A stretch of 63,315 nucleotides of DNA, filler included, from Pelomyxa schiedti (lineage: Eukaryota; Protista; Evosea): the NCBI GenBank assembly GCA_020536535.1. It is 10 parts of 10 records of this genome, joined end to end, with 100 filler letters (N's around TTAATTAATTAA, not from the genome) between each part and the next. Parts side by side here need not be neighbours in the genome. Positions count along the whole stretch, not along the records: positions 47,561 to 62,038 come from JAHLWZ010001169.1; 9 more parts are not named here. One strand, 5' to 3'. Shown here piece after piece: positions 48,127 to 61,373 of the stretch. How positions within the stretch are numbered: the stretch's first letter is position 1; the number at the start of each line of letters is the position of its first letter. Under the pieces are notes generated by a model. That model was not told the origin of the DNA and ran no database searches. It saw only the letters and a list, made by a program, of their open reading frames with translations. The position numbers and the translations under genes are program-made.

Positions 48127-51100
48127 ATGGCATTCATTGGCACCGTAACAGCGACACCTACTGCATCAGCAACAGCAAGATCTAGATACGGCGGTGATGG
48201 GAGTACAACTGGCGACAATCGTGGTGGTGCTGTTGTTGGCGGAGACGACAAATTGCGGCGTTTGCGGTACACGGTGGGCCACTCTTCATCGTCATCGTCA
48301 TCGTCGCCGCGGTCGTCGGGGGAAGATCAGCAGGCGCTGTGGACGTCGGAGAAACTTTGTTCGTGGCCTCAAGAGCTGGTCGTGGAACTGGAAGGTGCTT
48401 TTTCCCCCTTTTTGTTTCAATAAGTTACTCAACGTGGAAAAACCACTTATTTCATGGTCTACAATGTGCTGTGTTAACTTTTGTTCTGGAAGGAGTTTCG
48501 AGGCTTCAAAGAGTGAAGGTTATATCACATGAGTATAAGATAGCCTCCCGAATTGAACTTTTTGTTGGCAGTGTTGGTTCTAGTGTTGGCTGGGAGAATG
48601 CAAATTTCAAGCGGCTTGGGTATTTTTCCCCCAGGGTTCTTGGGATCTGAGTCGTATTTTGATTAGATTTTTCACACTTTCATCAAATGTGGAAACATCC
48701 TACAAGTCAAGGGAATTGAAGTCTGTGCACGTTAATTGCACTGGCTCTTACCTCAAACTCGTTTTTCAAGGATGCTTCCGAAACCCACTCAACACCCACT
48801 CACAGGTACACAAGGTTTTGGTTTTTTTTTTTTCTCCCCAACACACAGGTTAGCTTAGTTGGATTGTGTATACTTGGAGAGTTTCTTACAGACCACATGC
48901 AGGCTATCACGAGGTCATTGAGTCTTCAAGTGAGTTTTCACTGAAATCCGCGCCCCTAACACGTACAAGGAACTACATTTGGAGACTACTAAGCAAATTG
49001 AGATACTCTCTGTGACTAAAGATAGAATGCAAAATTGTGTGTGACAGTAACCTCGTTGGACATCTCTAAAAACTCCCAGCTGAGAATGTCCAATGTTCTG
49101 AACAGATATCCTCTGATATTGACATGTTAAAAGAAGTGAGAGACGGAATAAAATAATAGTATTGTAACAATGAAAATCTGAGTTACTCAGATGTCTAATA
49201 AATTGGCTCAAATTGAGGCTGCTAAGCTACAAGCTGTAGAAAAGGAGGACTACATCCTTGCTCAGAAAATTAAGGTTGTGATATTTCCTATGTGCCTCTT
49301 TAATCTTTGGGCCCATTCACAGACGGAAATAGACAACTTAAAGCAAGCCATTCATAACAAACTTTCGTGTTTACCCAACTCAGTGGAGTTGAGTGTGTCT
49401 ACTTCCCCATTGTACGATAAGCCTTTAATTACTTTTGTTGATGCTTTTTACATAGAAAAGCCACCAACACCTGTTCACCTGAAGACTTTCCCACACAGGT
49501 TTTCTCTAGTTCTATATATCATCCTCATTAATATCACAGTGGCCAGATAATCATCAAATTGATATTCAAGCTCATTCTAAGGGAACATCTCACAGAAGAG
49601 CAATAAGGCTAGTGTAATCAGCAATTTGTGCACACTCATTTAAATAGTTTGATCAGCAGTAGCTCTTCACACAACCAGTCCATGTCTCATGATGCTGTTG
49701 CATTACCTACACTTTCTTCTGTGGGCTGCTTATCTTCTCTCCAATTGACTACGGTAGCTTCAACTGGTTTTGAATCGTTCTCTGCTCTCCTTTTTCCCCT
49801 CACTGTGAATCTCTTCAGAACCTCAAATTGAAAAAGACATACGACCCCCCTCACCTCTGACTCATAGCCACAGAACAGAATCGCAAACCTCTATAAATGT
49901 AAGACCAACCCTAAAACTTAGTGTCTATCAAAAACCCCCATCACACTGCAGGTTTTTGGTGAACATGTAGTTCAGTGTACATATTCTAGAAATCATTCCC
50001 TAAGGGAATATGCCATCAAAACTGTAACTGAGCGCCTACAACAGCCACTTGAATTTGTAAGTTTCACATTACTTTTTTTTACTGAATACTGTTTGGAATC
50101 GTGGTTAGGAGACTGAAGCTGTCTTGAGAGCTGTTTGTCACCTTGTTTTGTGCACCCTTGCGGACAGTGTCCCAAGTGTTTACCTCTTCACATTGGCTTT
50201 AATAGATTATTTACTGTGTAAGATTAATCAAGCTATCTCTGTTACCTTAATTTCCCCAGCCAGTTATGTCACAAAAACCTTAGTGAAGCCCTCGGTTTTG
50301 TCGAATTATGTTCATGGTGTGTATGCATTCTCACTTCACAATATCAAATATCCCTTCAGAGTTTCTTGTATCTATCACCCTCAGACTTGGGGATGCCAAC
50401 CAAAGAATCAGAGAATCAAGTACAAAAACAATTTTAGCCCTTGCTCGCTATGTACGATTAAAAATGTGTAGCAAGTAACCAATAATAATACAGGTTGGTG
50501 TGGCACCTGTGCTCTCCCTTCTTCTGCGTCCACCAAAGGGAGGCAGCTGGCGCGTCTGGCACCAACGCTTTCTACTTCTAGTATTACTTGAAAGTGAGTT
50601 TCATTTGGACCTCAATGAAGTTTGTCATCATTTCTTACATTATTACAATCGTAAACTACCCTAGGCTTCCTCTTTTATTTGTCTTGGTCTTGAGCACAGT
50701 TCAGTGGCTGTCAGAGCACAAGCTCTTCAAACCATGGTGGCCTTTCACAAAACAGATCCTGTTCAGACAGCACTGGTTTTATCTTTTTTTAAACCGTCGC
50801 TTGCAGCAGTATGCATGACATACAGTGATTGGTTCTAATTTTCATTTCAGATCGTGCAAAGCGCCTTGGATGAAAACTCCGGAAAATCAAAGGAAACTCC
50901 CTCTAAAGTCACCCCAACATACTTGGTATTTTTTCCCTTTGGGTTGGTTGCACATTGACTTGTGTCACTAGGCCAAGCGACCTTCCCTTAGTCACCGCGC
51001 CACCACACCACCTTCACCTGAATCACACTCCAGTTCAACCCGCACTGTTGGATCGCCTAAAAATTCTAGAACCACTTGCCCCAAGACAAACAATCCAAAA

Positions 51101-51927
51101 AGGAATGGCAAACCACCAACCACTCCAGTTTCACCACAAAACCACCTCAAATCCAAATCACCACAAGGTGCATATCATATGAAGGTCGATGGGATCTCCC
51201 CAAAGTCGTCCCACGATAAAACCAAAGGGTATTCCCCGTTGTAAAGGTACTGCACTTCTTACTTAGACCCTACCACAAGGACAGGTACTACATCCACTGG
51301 CAGCAGTAGTACTGAGGACAATATCCCGCCGCAATTTGATGTGGAGGCTTCCCTTGCCCCAGGTACATATCACCTGTCATTCCCTCAGACTCATTCAGTA
51401 CTTGCAGATCACTGTGAACAAAGTAGTCCCTCCAAATCTCCTTTGAAGTGTCAATTTTGCCATATGGAAATTGGTGAGGCAACCTCTGCAACCCCTCAAC
51501 TTGACGTTGAGAGGCACTTTATGGCCGACTGCCCGGTTCTAGGAGAATGCACCAAGTGTTGTCAAGTACCTTCATCTCATTCCTTTATACCACCTTAATG
51601 TTCAAAAAGATTGTAGAACTGTCCGGGATGGCTGATCACCTGCTTAACGACTGCGAGTTAAGCTCGAGCATGCACAGGTGTGAAATATGCACCTGTGTCG
51701 TTGACAACCAGGCCCATCACGATTGCCCAGGTTTCCACTTTCCTGTTGGCCGTGTTACTGCTCACTAATACACTCCTAATTCAACAGGCAAAGAGGTTGT
51801 GGTGTGTCCCCTATGCAACCAACAGATAGAAGAAAGAGAAGGTGAACCCCTCTGGATCAACCACCTGACATTATGCACCAAGAACCCCAGGCTCAAAAAG
51901 CCACTAGAATCACACCAGACCCTTTGA
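48127..51927 (+). CDS. CEP104: Centrosomal protein 104 homologue (multi-exon)
   Basis: N-terminal jelly-roll motifs WTSEKLCSWPQEL, ISHEYKIASRIELFVG, FKRLGY, SSNVETSYKSRELKSVHV. Coil KLQAVEKEDYILAQKIK. C-terminal C2HC fingers CQFC...HFMADCP, HLLNDC, CPLC...HLTLC. Confidence 0.9.
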
Positions 51928-52489
51928 GTGCCAATACCACACGCCCACTTTTGATTATTTTGGTCAATGTATCGTCAACAATCCGAAAACAGCAGGGTCA
52001 TTTCTCATCACCAAAACCCAAATGCAACAAAGATCAAGTGGGTGTGTTGACTTGGATATTTTACCCTGGCTGCACCTTTTTTCCCTTCGTGGGAAAAAAA
52101 TGCGACCCGCCGCCAATGGTGCCGTGCCACGTGTTGTAGGTAAAGTTAAATGGCCAATTGGTGTATATTAGCGTGCGTTGCCGTATCTGTGCCTTCAGTA
52201 ATTCGCTTATCTGTATTTTTAATTTCCCCCTGTGTCAATTGCAGCACGCAGCAGCGTTGACCCACCAACTCGGTCCTCGTCCGCTCCTCCGGTTTGTTTG
52301 AATTCTGTCTCTTTTTTTTTTTTTTTTGCGTGTGTTAGTGGGGTCGAGTGTTGAGTTGTATTTTATACTAGGTAATGCTGACCAGTGAGGGTCTGTTTGC
52401 CTTCAGGGCTGAGGATTGCCCTGTCCCGACACCACTCATGGCTTCCGTACCTCTGTCTTTATGTAATATGTCTTGTTTATCTTTTCGTA

Positions 52490-55293
52490 CAGCAGGATAT
52501 TAGATGCCAGGAAAACTATTATGACTTTTATTACTCAAGCGAAAATAGATATAACTTACCTAAACCACTAGAAATACAGGTATGTTGTTTTACAATTGTG
52601 CATATCCCAAAAATTAAAAAAACATTCAACCACAGCCTTTCCTGGTAGATAAGTCTACAGCAAGCACACTTCAGTCAGGATCCATACTTCTCGAAGGAAT
52701 AACTCCTGCTGACTCGCTTCCTGAAATGGTTTGTTCCCTTTCTATTCAAGCACCATAAGTTAAATTCCTGTAACACAGGGAGTGAGAGAACCATCACCAA
52801 CTACAACTCCCCGCCACGCTCTCCAAGAACAGTCACCCACGTGGTCTCCCCTGTCTCGCACAGTGGAGTCACTCGTTGAGGAGTTTGATCTGGACTCTGG
52901 AAGTGCAGTCCAGAGCTCTTCTCTTTCACAGCACTTCAACCACCCATCAGCATCTCAATCAGTTGACTCGCTTGGAAACGAATCGATTGGAAATCTTCAA
53001 GAGCAGATCTTAGCTGATTTTGCTCATCTCCACTTGGGTTCCTCGGGTCCACTCCAACCCGTCAGCTACCCATCTCCAACTTCATCCGGGGTCTCACTTT
53101 CGCCCATCACCAATTCCGCCACCCATTTAAGTGTAAACACACTCCCCAACAACTTCCCACCAAATCCAAGCATAAACACTACTAAAACACCTTTCCCCAG
53201 CACTCCTCCAATTCCCACACCCAGTCTTGCAATCCCCAGTTACACTTTCCAGCCTATTCCTAACACCACGTTTGTTGATGCTAGTACTACGGCAGTTGCA
53301 TCTCCTCAGTTTTCGCCGGATCCCAGACCCAGATGCAGGTTTTCCTATTTTTTCTTTTTTTGTGGTTTTTCTTGTACTTTGCTTTAGTTGACTTTTCCGA
53401 TCTGGGATATTAACCTGCTAAATATATACAAAAAAACGGACAGGTTCTTTATGCAAGGGTGTTGCTTTAGAAGCAATTGCCAATATTCACACGAAATGCC
53501 AGTCTCAAACCCAGCAGGATCCCACACCCCATTACCAAGCCTTCCTATTCCCACAACAACAGCAACAGCAATAATGCCCGTACTCCCAGCACCAGTGGTT
53601 AAGATAATAAATACTGGACCAAAGGCTTACGCCAGACAACTCCACACATCAGTACCGCAAGGTCCTTCAACAATTCCCTCACCACCGACACCCCTGCCTG
53701 CTTTGACACACGGCTCTGGTACAACACCACATGGTTCCAAGTGGATTCAGAGTAATGCACACTATTCAGGGCGGAAACCGTCCGTGGATGAAAGTCTGTC
53801 TATTGCGGGGAATTTTACTTGAAACTCACGTTTGTGAACCAGTTATCAGTAGCTTTCCACCAATTGAGCAACTTGTTGGGAAAATATACACTCTCTGCCA
53901 GGATCAGTTTGGGTGCCGTTACCTACAGAAACAGCTTGATGATCCAAATCCCATGGTTTCTCTTCACATGTTGCTCTGATAACCAATGTGCTCAATAGAT
54001 TAGAAACCTTATATTTAGTGAGGTTGTTGTGCACATGTCTGCACTGATGTCTGGTATTTACGCACTATCCAGCCAATTCTGACATCAAATAGACCCTTTT
54101 GGTAATTACCTGGCACAAAAAGTGATAGCCTGCAGCACAGATTACCAGCGCTTGAGAATTGTACAGGCTGTTTGCGGAGATTTAGATAACATTTCCCGAA
54201 ATATGCATGGCACCAGGGCTGTGCAGAAGCTTATTGAATGCCTTGTCAACCCAGATGAGGTTCCCTATTTCCTCTCCCTCTACAATTCTCATTCTGATAG
54301 ATACAACTGGTGCGTGATGCTTTAAGGTATAGTGTTGTCAGGCTGATTCAGGACCTGAATGGTAATCATGTAATCCAACGGTGTCTAAACACTTTGTCAT
54401 CTGCTGACAAACAATTTATCTATGACGCTGTTACCGAACCTGGCCATCTTGTAGCCGTGTGCAATACTACTAGTGAGCTTTTTTCTTCTTAATGCACCCA
54501 CAGGTGGCAACACATCGTCATGGTTGCTGTGTACTTCAAAGGTGCATTGATCATGCATCAGAGGACCAAAAGGTAACAAACAGGTGTAGAGGATAGCGAA
54601 GTACTGATGAAATATAGCTACAGTTGGTTTTAGAAGTTGTTTCCAATGCCTTGACCTTGGTGCAAGACCCGTTTGGCAACTATGTTGTTCAGTATGTACT
54701 GGACCTTCCTCTTCCTGGAATTCGTGTTGCCAAGGGATTGGCAGAGGAGCTACAAGGTTATTTTGCCGAACTAGCCAAGCAAAAGTTCAGTTCAAATGTT
54801 ATTGAGAAGGTCTGTACAAACAGTGAGAATGCGCACTAACACTGGTTTTTTGGGGTACCTCAGATTATTCAATCAGGTGATTCTGATGCCAAGTCACTTG
54901 TAATCCAAGAAATAACTGAGTGTCTGGATCAAGCACTTCTTCAGGATCCATTTGCCAATTATGTTATTCAAACTGCTTTGACCTATGCAGGTATATTCCA
55001 TCCCTAGTTTGGTGGTTTTTTACTTAAACACCCCAGAGCCAAGTGAGCACGAAACCCTCGTGGAAAAAATCAACCCCCACCTCATCCTCCTGCAAAACAC
55101 ACCTTATGGTAAACGGATTCAAGCCAAACTGACAGTTCCAACAGCAACTGCAACAACAAACACCAACACACCTCCCTCCTCAGACTCGATTTCAACACCC
55201 CCCACAGTCTCAATGACAACTACTCAACAACAGCCTCAGCAACAAACCATCAGGCGCAACCCCAATAAACAAGAATTCCCAAACCACAGATAA
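52490..55293 (+). CDS. Pumilio (Puf4/Puf5-like) RNA-binding protein with an upstream CCCH zinc finger (start approximate)
   Basis: Eight Puf repeats: QFGCRYLQK, PFGNYLAQK, MHGTRAVQK, LNGNHVIQR, RHGCCVLQR, PFGNYVVQY, KFSSNVIEK, PFANYVIQT. Spliced CR|FFMQGCCFRSNCQYSH. Confidence 0.92.
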
Positions 55294-55460
55294 AGAGAGA
55301 TAGCTCCTCTCTTATTTGCCTCAGTAGTCCCTCACAATAACCCTAGACCTTGTCTGTCTGTTTGTCTTTTAAAATTCTCCTTTTTTTTTTTTTTTTTTTT
55401 TTCAATACACTGTGCTACGTTGTTCAAGCAACGTTTCTACGTTTCTTTACAAACCAACTT

Positions 55461-57034
55461 TTAGGCTCTAAACAGGCCCAACTGTCTGATCATTTTAAAC
55501 CTATTGTGTGTTAAGACTCTGAAAGGGGTAAAAAGGGAAGAGACTGTTCCGGGATTTCTTGCAATGCGGCAACTAGCCATAAAATTAGATTAGAAGTATT
55601 TGGAATGTAAAATACCTGCAAATTCAACATCATAGTTTTCTATGTTTGCCCTTGTCATAACTTCATAATAGTTCACAAACTGGAAGTTGTCAACTGTTTG
55701 AAAATGAGTTACGATCACTTCTAATTGCTATCTACTCACACTTCCGCTTTGGCAGTCCATCGTCAAACTCTAATGGTACCCATTAGCTTGGATCAAATTG
55801 ATTAACTGGACTTACCTTCCATCATATCCCATGGGCCATCTGTTGTCATACGCCAGGAAATATAGTTAAAAAAAAGGAGGAAAAGAACTAAAATTAACAC
55901 CTCCGACTCCAATCATAACGATACTAAACTGGCTTAGTGTTTTGTAGAATTTAGCCAAGACAACCTCAGCGGGTAATTGGAGGCCTGCACAATGGCATCC
56001 TTTGTTGAAGCTTCATCAGTGACCTGTCCATCTGCAATTCTGAGTGTCATTTTAACAGACCACCAAGTTATGATCAAGGCAAACATGATCAAAATATGGT
56101 ATTGCTTTGTTCGCTCAACTATCTCGATTGCTTTTTTGATAACTGGAGCAAAAGATGTAGGACCGGACAATTGTACCATTGGGGTGATCTCAGTATATCT
56201 TCTTAGGACTTCACTAGGCGCAATTAATATACTAATACGAAGAAAGTAGACACTTACTCCACCCCATAGCACGGGTGTTCATCTGGGTAGAGCGGAAAAA
56301 CAGCTTTATCGGTAGTTGTCACATCTATCACAAGTTAGGAGATAAAGAAAAGTCAGCTTGTTACCTCCAAAGCCATAAACGGGAATGAGCTATTGTGGTT
56401 AAAATTTGGCATCAGTATATTGACATAGACCCAACCCGGCTACAAACAAACAAGGCTCACTTTATCTAAAACGAGGCCGTGGCGTTAGTACTTAAGCGAA
56501 GTGAATAGAGTCAACCATCATCAAAGGGCTCCAGTGTCCTTGCCATAACATCCATTACTCTCTGCACGGTGTGAGGAAAGGTAGAACTAAAACGAAGTAC
56601 AGAACTTGATATGGATTATATGTTGTAGGCTCTGCATTGAGGTGAGTTGGTATGTTGACAGTGGAATATCACCTATGTGATGCAGAGAATTTCCTGCGTA
56701 CGTATTTTTCCCATTCCAAGTGTTCGACTTTGTGTAATCGATTGAAATGATAAGGTTTGAGCTCCTATTACATCAATTACTTTTTTCGCCATTAACTAAG
56801 ATTAAATACTCTAAACCAGATGCTCTCAGTGCCTGTTGCACTTGCTCCAGTGTCTTAAGTTAAAATCAGCCCAAGCAAATAACTGGGGGGAAAAAAAAAA
56901 AAGAAAAGAAACTGTACTTTGTACAAGTTGGGAATGGCACGAAACGTCGGTGCTGATGGTGCACTACGAGGTGGTGCCCTTGTCGCAGTTACGGCTGTTG
57001 ATCTCGGCGGAGCACTACTACTCGTCAACCCCAT
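55461..57034 (-). CDS. RGLG-type copine vWA-domain protein, possibly N-myristoylated, no C2 or RING domain seen (multi-exon)
   Basis: MGLTSS start, LEQVQQALRASGLE, NLIISIDYTKSN, SGPTSFAPVI, IADGQVT, DGPWDMM, FDNFQFVN, QEIPEQ|FKMI. Confidence 0.85.
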
Positions 57035-57169
57035 CTTCAGGTTCTTTTATTTTGCTGTGAGTGATTCCCTTGCAAACCCACGTTTCGAGGAAAAAAACAG
57101 TGAAAATTGGGATGTCAATGATTGATGTTTTGTTGCACTACTGTCAGTGCCGCAAAACACACGCACAAC

Positions 57170-58648
57170 TCAAGGGTGGGATTGGGGCTTGGACTGGAGG
57201 TTGGTGAGTAGGAATGTGTCATATTCTTGTTGGAGCTGTGAGATAGTTTCTTGTAAGAGTGCTGCCTTGAGGTCAGGTGTTAGGACTGGTTCTGTTGCTG
57301 CTGGTGTGGTCTTTGGTGTGCAACAGGCAGCCGCAGTTGTTGCTGAGGCCGGTGTCGAGGCTAATGTTAGGGCGGCCTTTGGCAGCAACGCCGCGGCTGC
57401 TGCTGATGCTGCGGGGCTGGCGAGGGGTGCGGGGAAAGAGCAGCACAAGGAAATGGCGGATTGGAGGACTCCCTTTTGGTAACTGTGAATATCCGGCGGG
57501 ATGGGTGTCATCGCGCCGGGATCGACGGAGATTGCGGTGAGATACTGGGCGGCTATGTTGCTGAGGTTCTGGGAGAGTTGGAGTTGCGTGGTGATTCTCA
57601 AGGTAGGGTCACCCCACACATCAATGCTGTCAACAAACATTTGCCACAGCAAATGCTTTTCGTTAACCAATTGCTCGTTGGCGGCAGTGACAGATTCCCC
57701 CGAAGCAGCACGCTGGGTCCCGGCACTTGTTGCAATTGCGGCTTGCAATTCGCTCAGCGCGCTTCCCAGTGTTGTCAACGGCTGAGGGTCGTCGACGAGG
57801 AACAGACGCAGAATGGCGTGCGAGAAACACAAGTCAAGGTGCGGCGGAAGAGTACCCCTCCCACAATTGCCATCAGCGGCAGCAGCATCACCGCCATCAC
57901 TATCCGCATCCCTGCTGAGAATCCTCCTGCCACTCCCAGACATTCCCGGCCCCTGCGTCGGCGTCGGCGCGGCTATTCTGGGCCTCTTCGCGGGCCTGTC
58001 GGCCGGCCGCTCCTCCCTGCCCGCTCCTCCTTCCTCGCCGTCGTCTCCATCTCCATCTCCCTCTGCGCCGTCCCCTATCTCGATTGGGGTGGCCGCTCTG
58101 TCCCCGGCCTCGGTGTCGTCCTCGTCCTCGATCTCGGCCTCCTCGCCGCCTGGATTCAGGGAGCACCAGGAGACGCCGTCGCCGACGCAGAACCACTTGC
58201 GGGCCAGCCGCACGTGTACGGCGCTGCCGCTTTGGGGGCCGAGGCAGCAGCAGGATACGGATTGTGGGTCGCTGCCGTGGGGCGCGAAGACGGCAACTTC
58301 TACGGCGAGAGTCGTGGGGTCGGGACCAAGGCCGCACGTGCAGGGGGCGTTGTCGGCGTGCGCGTCTGCGTCGACGGTGTTGGAGGGGCAGGTCCCATAA
58401 TGGCCAAACTCGACAACCGCGAAGCGAGATGCCTGCAACCGGCCGGTGTCTGCGTACTTATGTGGGTGCTTTGGGCCATTGCCATTGTGGGATCCAGAGT
58501 AGTCTGCGACGACGGATGGAGCGAGGAAGCAACCCCAGCCCTTGAAGACGGACTTGGTTGCCGTGACACCAGTACCCATAACCGCATGCGGACTCGCCGA
58601 ACACTCGTGAACATCCCCCAATGAGCGCACAAACGACTCCAGATCCAT
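57170..58648 (-). CDS. Intronless hypothetical protein with an acidic loop and an NLS-like PAKRPR
   Basis: Open frame of about 490 codons. No domain recognised. Confidence 0.65.
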   Translation of the reverse strand: MDLESFVRSLGDVHECSASPHAVMGTGVTATKSVFKGWGCFLAPSVVADYSGSHNGNGPKHPHKYADTGRLQASRFAVVEFGHYGTCPSNTVDADAHADNAPCTCGLGPDPTTLAVEVAVFAPHGSDPQSVSCCCLGPQSGSAVHVRLARKWFCVGDGVSWCSLNPGGEEAEIEDEDDTEAGDRAATPIEIGDGAEGDGDGDDGEEGGAGREERPADRPAKRPRIAAPTPTQGPGMSGSGRRILSRDADSDGGDAAAADGNCGRGTLPPHLDLCFSHAILRLFLVDDPQPLTTLGSALSELQAAIATSAGTQRAASGESVTAANEQLVNEKHLLWQMFVDSIDVWGDPTLRITTQLQLSQNLSNIAAQYLTAISVDPGAMTPIPPDIHSYQKGVLQSAISLCCSFPAPLASPAASAAAAALLPKAALTLASTPASATTAAACCTPKTTPAATEPVLTPDLKAALLQETISQLQQEYDTFLLTNLQSKPQSHP

Positions 58649-58870
58649 TCGGCTGAATTGTTTCAAGTGATTGAGGGTTTGATGACCAAGACAATTGGCC
58701 GAATTCGAACGAGAGAAAACCCACCGTTTCTCATTTCCATCGACAACCGCAAGTGAAAAGTTACATGGGACACACCCACAGCAGTAACAGCCATACTACA
58801 CCTCCGTAACTTTCCGTTCTCCTCATACTTGTGTGACTGTGGGCTGCTTGTTTCTTTTTGGCCTGATTAT

Positions 58871-60375
58871 ATGCCCTCCTCCCTTTAAGTAGTTCAGGAG
58901 CCCCTCCGCCCTCAACAACTGCCACCACCACAGCAACAACAACCAGTAGCTGCAGTGACGGCGCGAGTCCTTCCCCGCCGCCCAGAACACCATCTCCCCA
59001 TAGGAGCAAAGGGGGGCCAGAGTGGGAGGCCAATCGCCGGCGGGCAAGCGAGAGGGGCGGGTACCAGGGCCCGCAGCTTTTCGTTAAGACACTCACTGGA
59101 AGAACCATCACAATCAATGTTACGGATTGCGGCATGTCCGTGTTGGAATTGAAGCTACAGGTGTGGCAGATGTGTGACTGTTCCTGGTGTTTGCTTGCTC
59201 ACAACTCTCTTTTTTTGTTTTTATTTGTTGATGGTTTGTTATTGTTCAATTTGCTTCGTCTTATTTATTTTTGGCTTTGCGTTGCTGTCAAGTTCAATAT
59301 AATCTCACAACACTTTGCGGGGCTGTGCAGATTGAAAGGCAGGCTAATATACCAGTTGACCAGCAGCGCCTTATATTTGCTGGAAAACAGCTGGAGGATG
59401 GTCGCTCTATTGCCGATTACAATCTGCAAAAGAGTTCGACACTCCATCTTGTACTTCGCTTGCGCCATGGTCCTGTCAAGCTAGCAGCATGCCCGCGTCT
59501 ATTTGGATTTACTGAGCCAACCGACGCATCGCACCCTATTGATGTGGAAAAATTTAGACACGGAGGTGTTCTTGTGCCACTAAAGTATGATGCCGTGGAG
59601 AAAGCAGTGGCAGAGCATATAAAACAGGCAAGAGGTGAGGGAGTCAGAGTTATCTGGCTTTCTGACAGGTATTTCGCCAAGGTGCATCGTCTATTTCTTC
59701 ATCTCTTCTTGTCTCACCACTAACTAGATGATTGTAATGGGACCAGGTATCCCTTTTTCATAAGATAGGAAGTTGTGTACTAATTTCATCTCCCCACCCA
59801 ATAGCTGGAACGCCATACGAAGGAGGAGTCTTTTCTTGTCTGCTCGAATTCACGGATGAATACCCTTTCAAGCCTCCACGGTTCCGGTTTTTAACTCCCG
59901 TTTTACACACTGCCATTGAAGACAATGGTACCGTTCATATGAGCGATTTCTTTGACAGTTGGAGCTATGGTACTAAGTGTAGGTGCAATTTTCCCATAGG
60001 TCTTTGCTAAAGCTAAATAGTTTCAAACCTTGCAACTAGAATGCAAGCTTACCTTGCGGATCAAAATATCAACCATGCAAATGACAACCCCGATCTGGGT
60101 AGAAAGGCGACCCTGTTTAGTCAAGACAAAAACCACGACCAATTCACAAGAATTGCCACGCAGTGGACAAGAACCCACGCCATTGGTATGCAATATTCTT
60201 CTAAAACATTCACTGCCACTCACAATACTAAACAACAGAGAGCTGGTGTGTATGCCGGCTTTTTCTGATTGGCCAAAGGGATTCTCAGTCCAATTTTTAC
60301 AATTTCCCAACACCCATCCTATGTCATATTCTTTCGCTAGTGCTTTATGCACATCCCTGGGGTATACAATTGTAA
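58871..60375 (+). CDS. Ubiquitin-like domain fused to a catalytically inactive E2 (UEV-like) domain with a short helical tail (multi-exon)
   Basis: [13 protein letters not shown]...[18 protein letters not shown]...[12 protein letters not shown]. Then MIVMGP|[10 protein letters not shown]...[27 protein letters not shown]...WSY|...[15 protein letters not shown]. Confidence 0.85.
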
Positions 60376-60478
60376 TAAAGTGCCAAAAAGCCTGTTTATT
60401 TTTTTTCTTTTTCAAATTGCCTTACAACAAACGGGGCCAACCCAAAGTGTAATGTCAAAAAGAGGGATTCACTTGGAA

Positions 60479-61341
60479 TCAGATATCATCTAGGTTTACA
60501 AACTGTGACAAATTCTCATCCAGGAAAGAAATAAACTTGGAGTGTGATGCGGAGACCTGGGATCTGGCACTAGGGTGCATACTGAAGTTTGAAGCAATTG
60601 ATGGCAGAACATGCAAAAGTCGTAGGAGATGCCCAATACCATACACCTGTTTTTTTGGTGGGAGAGAAGAAAGCACAGGAAATGAAAGAATTACCTCTGT
60701 GAAAGCAGACTTCCCAGTTGGTTTCTCCATTACTGCTTCGCCACGTAGCAAAAGGTGGTGCTCCACAGCTTTGTTGAAGTATACTTTTAAAGTTGCCAAG
60801 TAGCACTCCGTTGGTTCATCACTATTACCTTGCTTGCCAGTTGTTAATTGAAGAAACTAAATCATCACCTTACTTTGAAAAGGTCTAATATTTCCTCAAT
60901 CTTTTTACCAGGCTTCTCTTCCTCCCCCAAATTAATCATGGCATTCTTTTTGTAGATGGTGAGGTTTCAAAGGGAGAAGAATATTAAAACCAGAAGCTTG
61001 TCAGTTAACTTGGCATCCCATGGATGGTTGCCCTTATTTGGCCGTGTAACATGTTGTGTAGAGGATGCACTGGGTCTCTTACGGTAAAGCATGTTATCTG
61101 ATAATGGAGTCACTCTCGATTCTGGCCACCATTCATCTGGTTTTCCGCGTGCCTCGAACTGACGAAAGAAACAACCAATGGAAAAATTTGTGTTTTAGGT
61201 TAGCATCACTACAACACAAGCACACAAGTAGACGAAACAGGACACCAAGATAACTCCACCCCGGCCCACCCACCCACCCACCCACCCAACATTAGTCCAC
61301 CGGCAGAGTGGCCACGTCAATTAACCAACACACCAGCCAGA

Positions 61342-61373
<32 letters not shown>

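Noticed and set aside
57461-58624. Long plus-strand ORF of 387 aa and similar antisense ORFs over GC-rich genes (e.g. 5149-5519, 9543-10395, 61308-61843)
   Set aside because: These are shadow frames of GC-rich coding sequence on the opposite strand.
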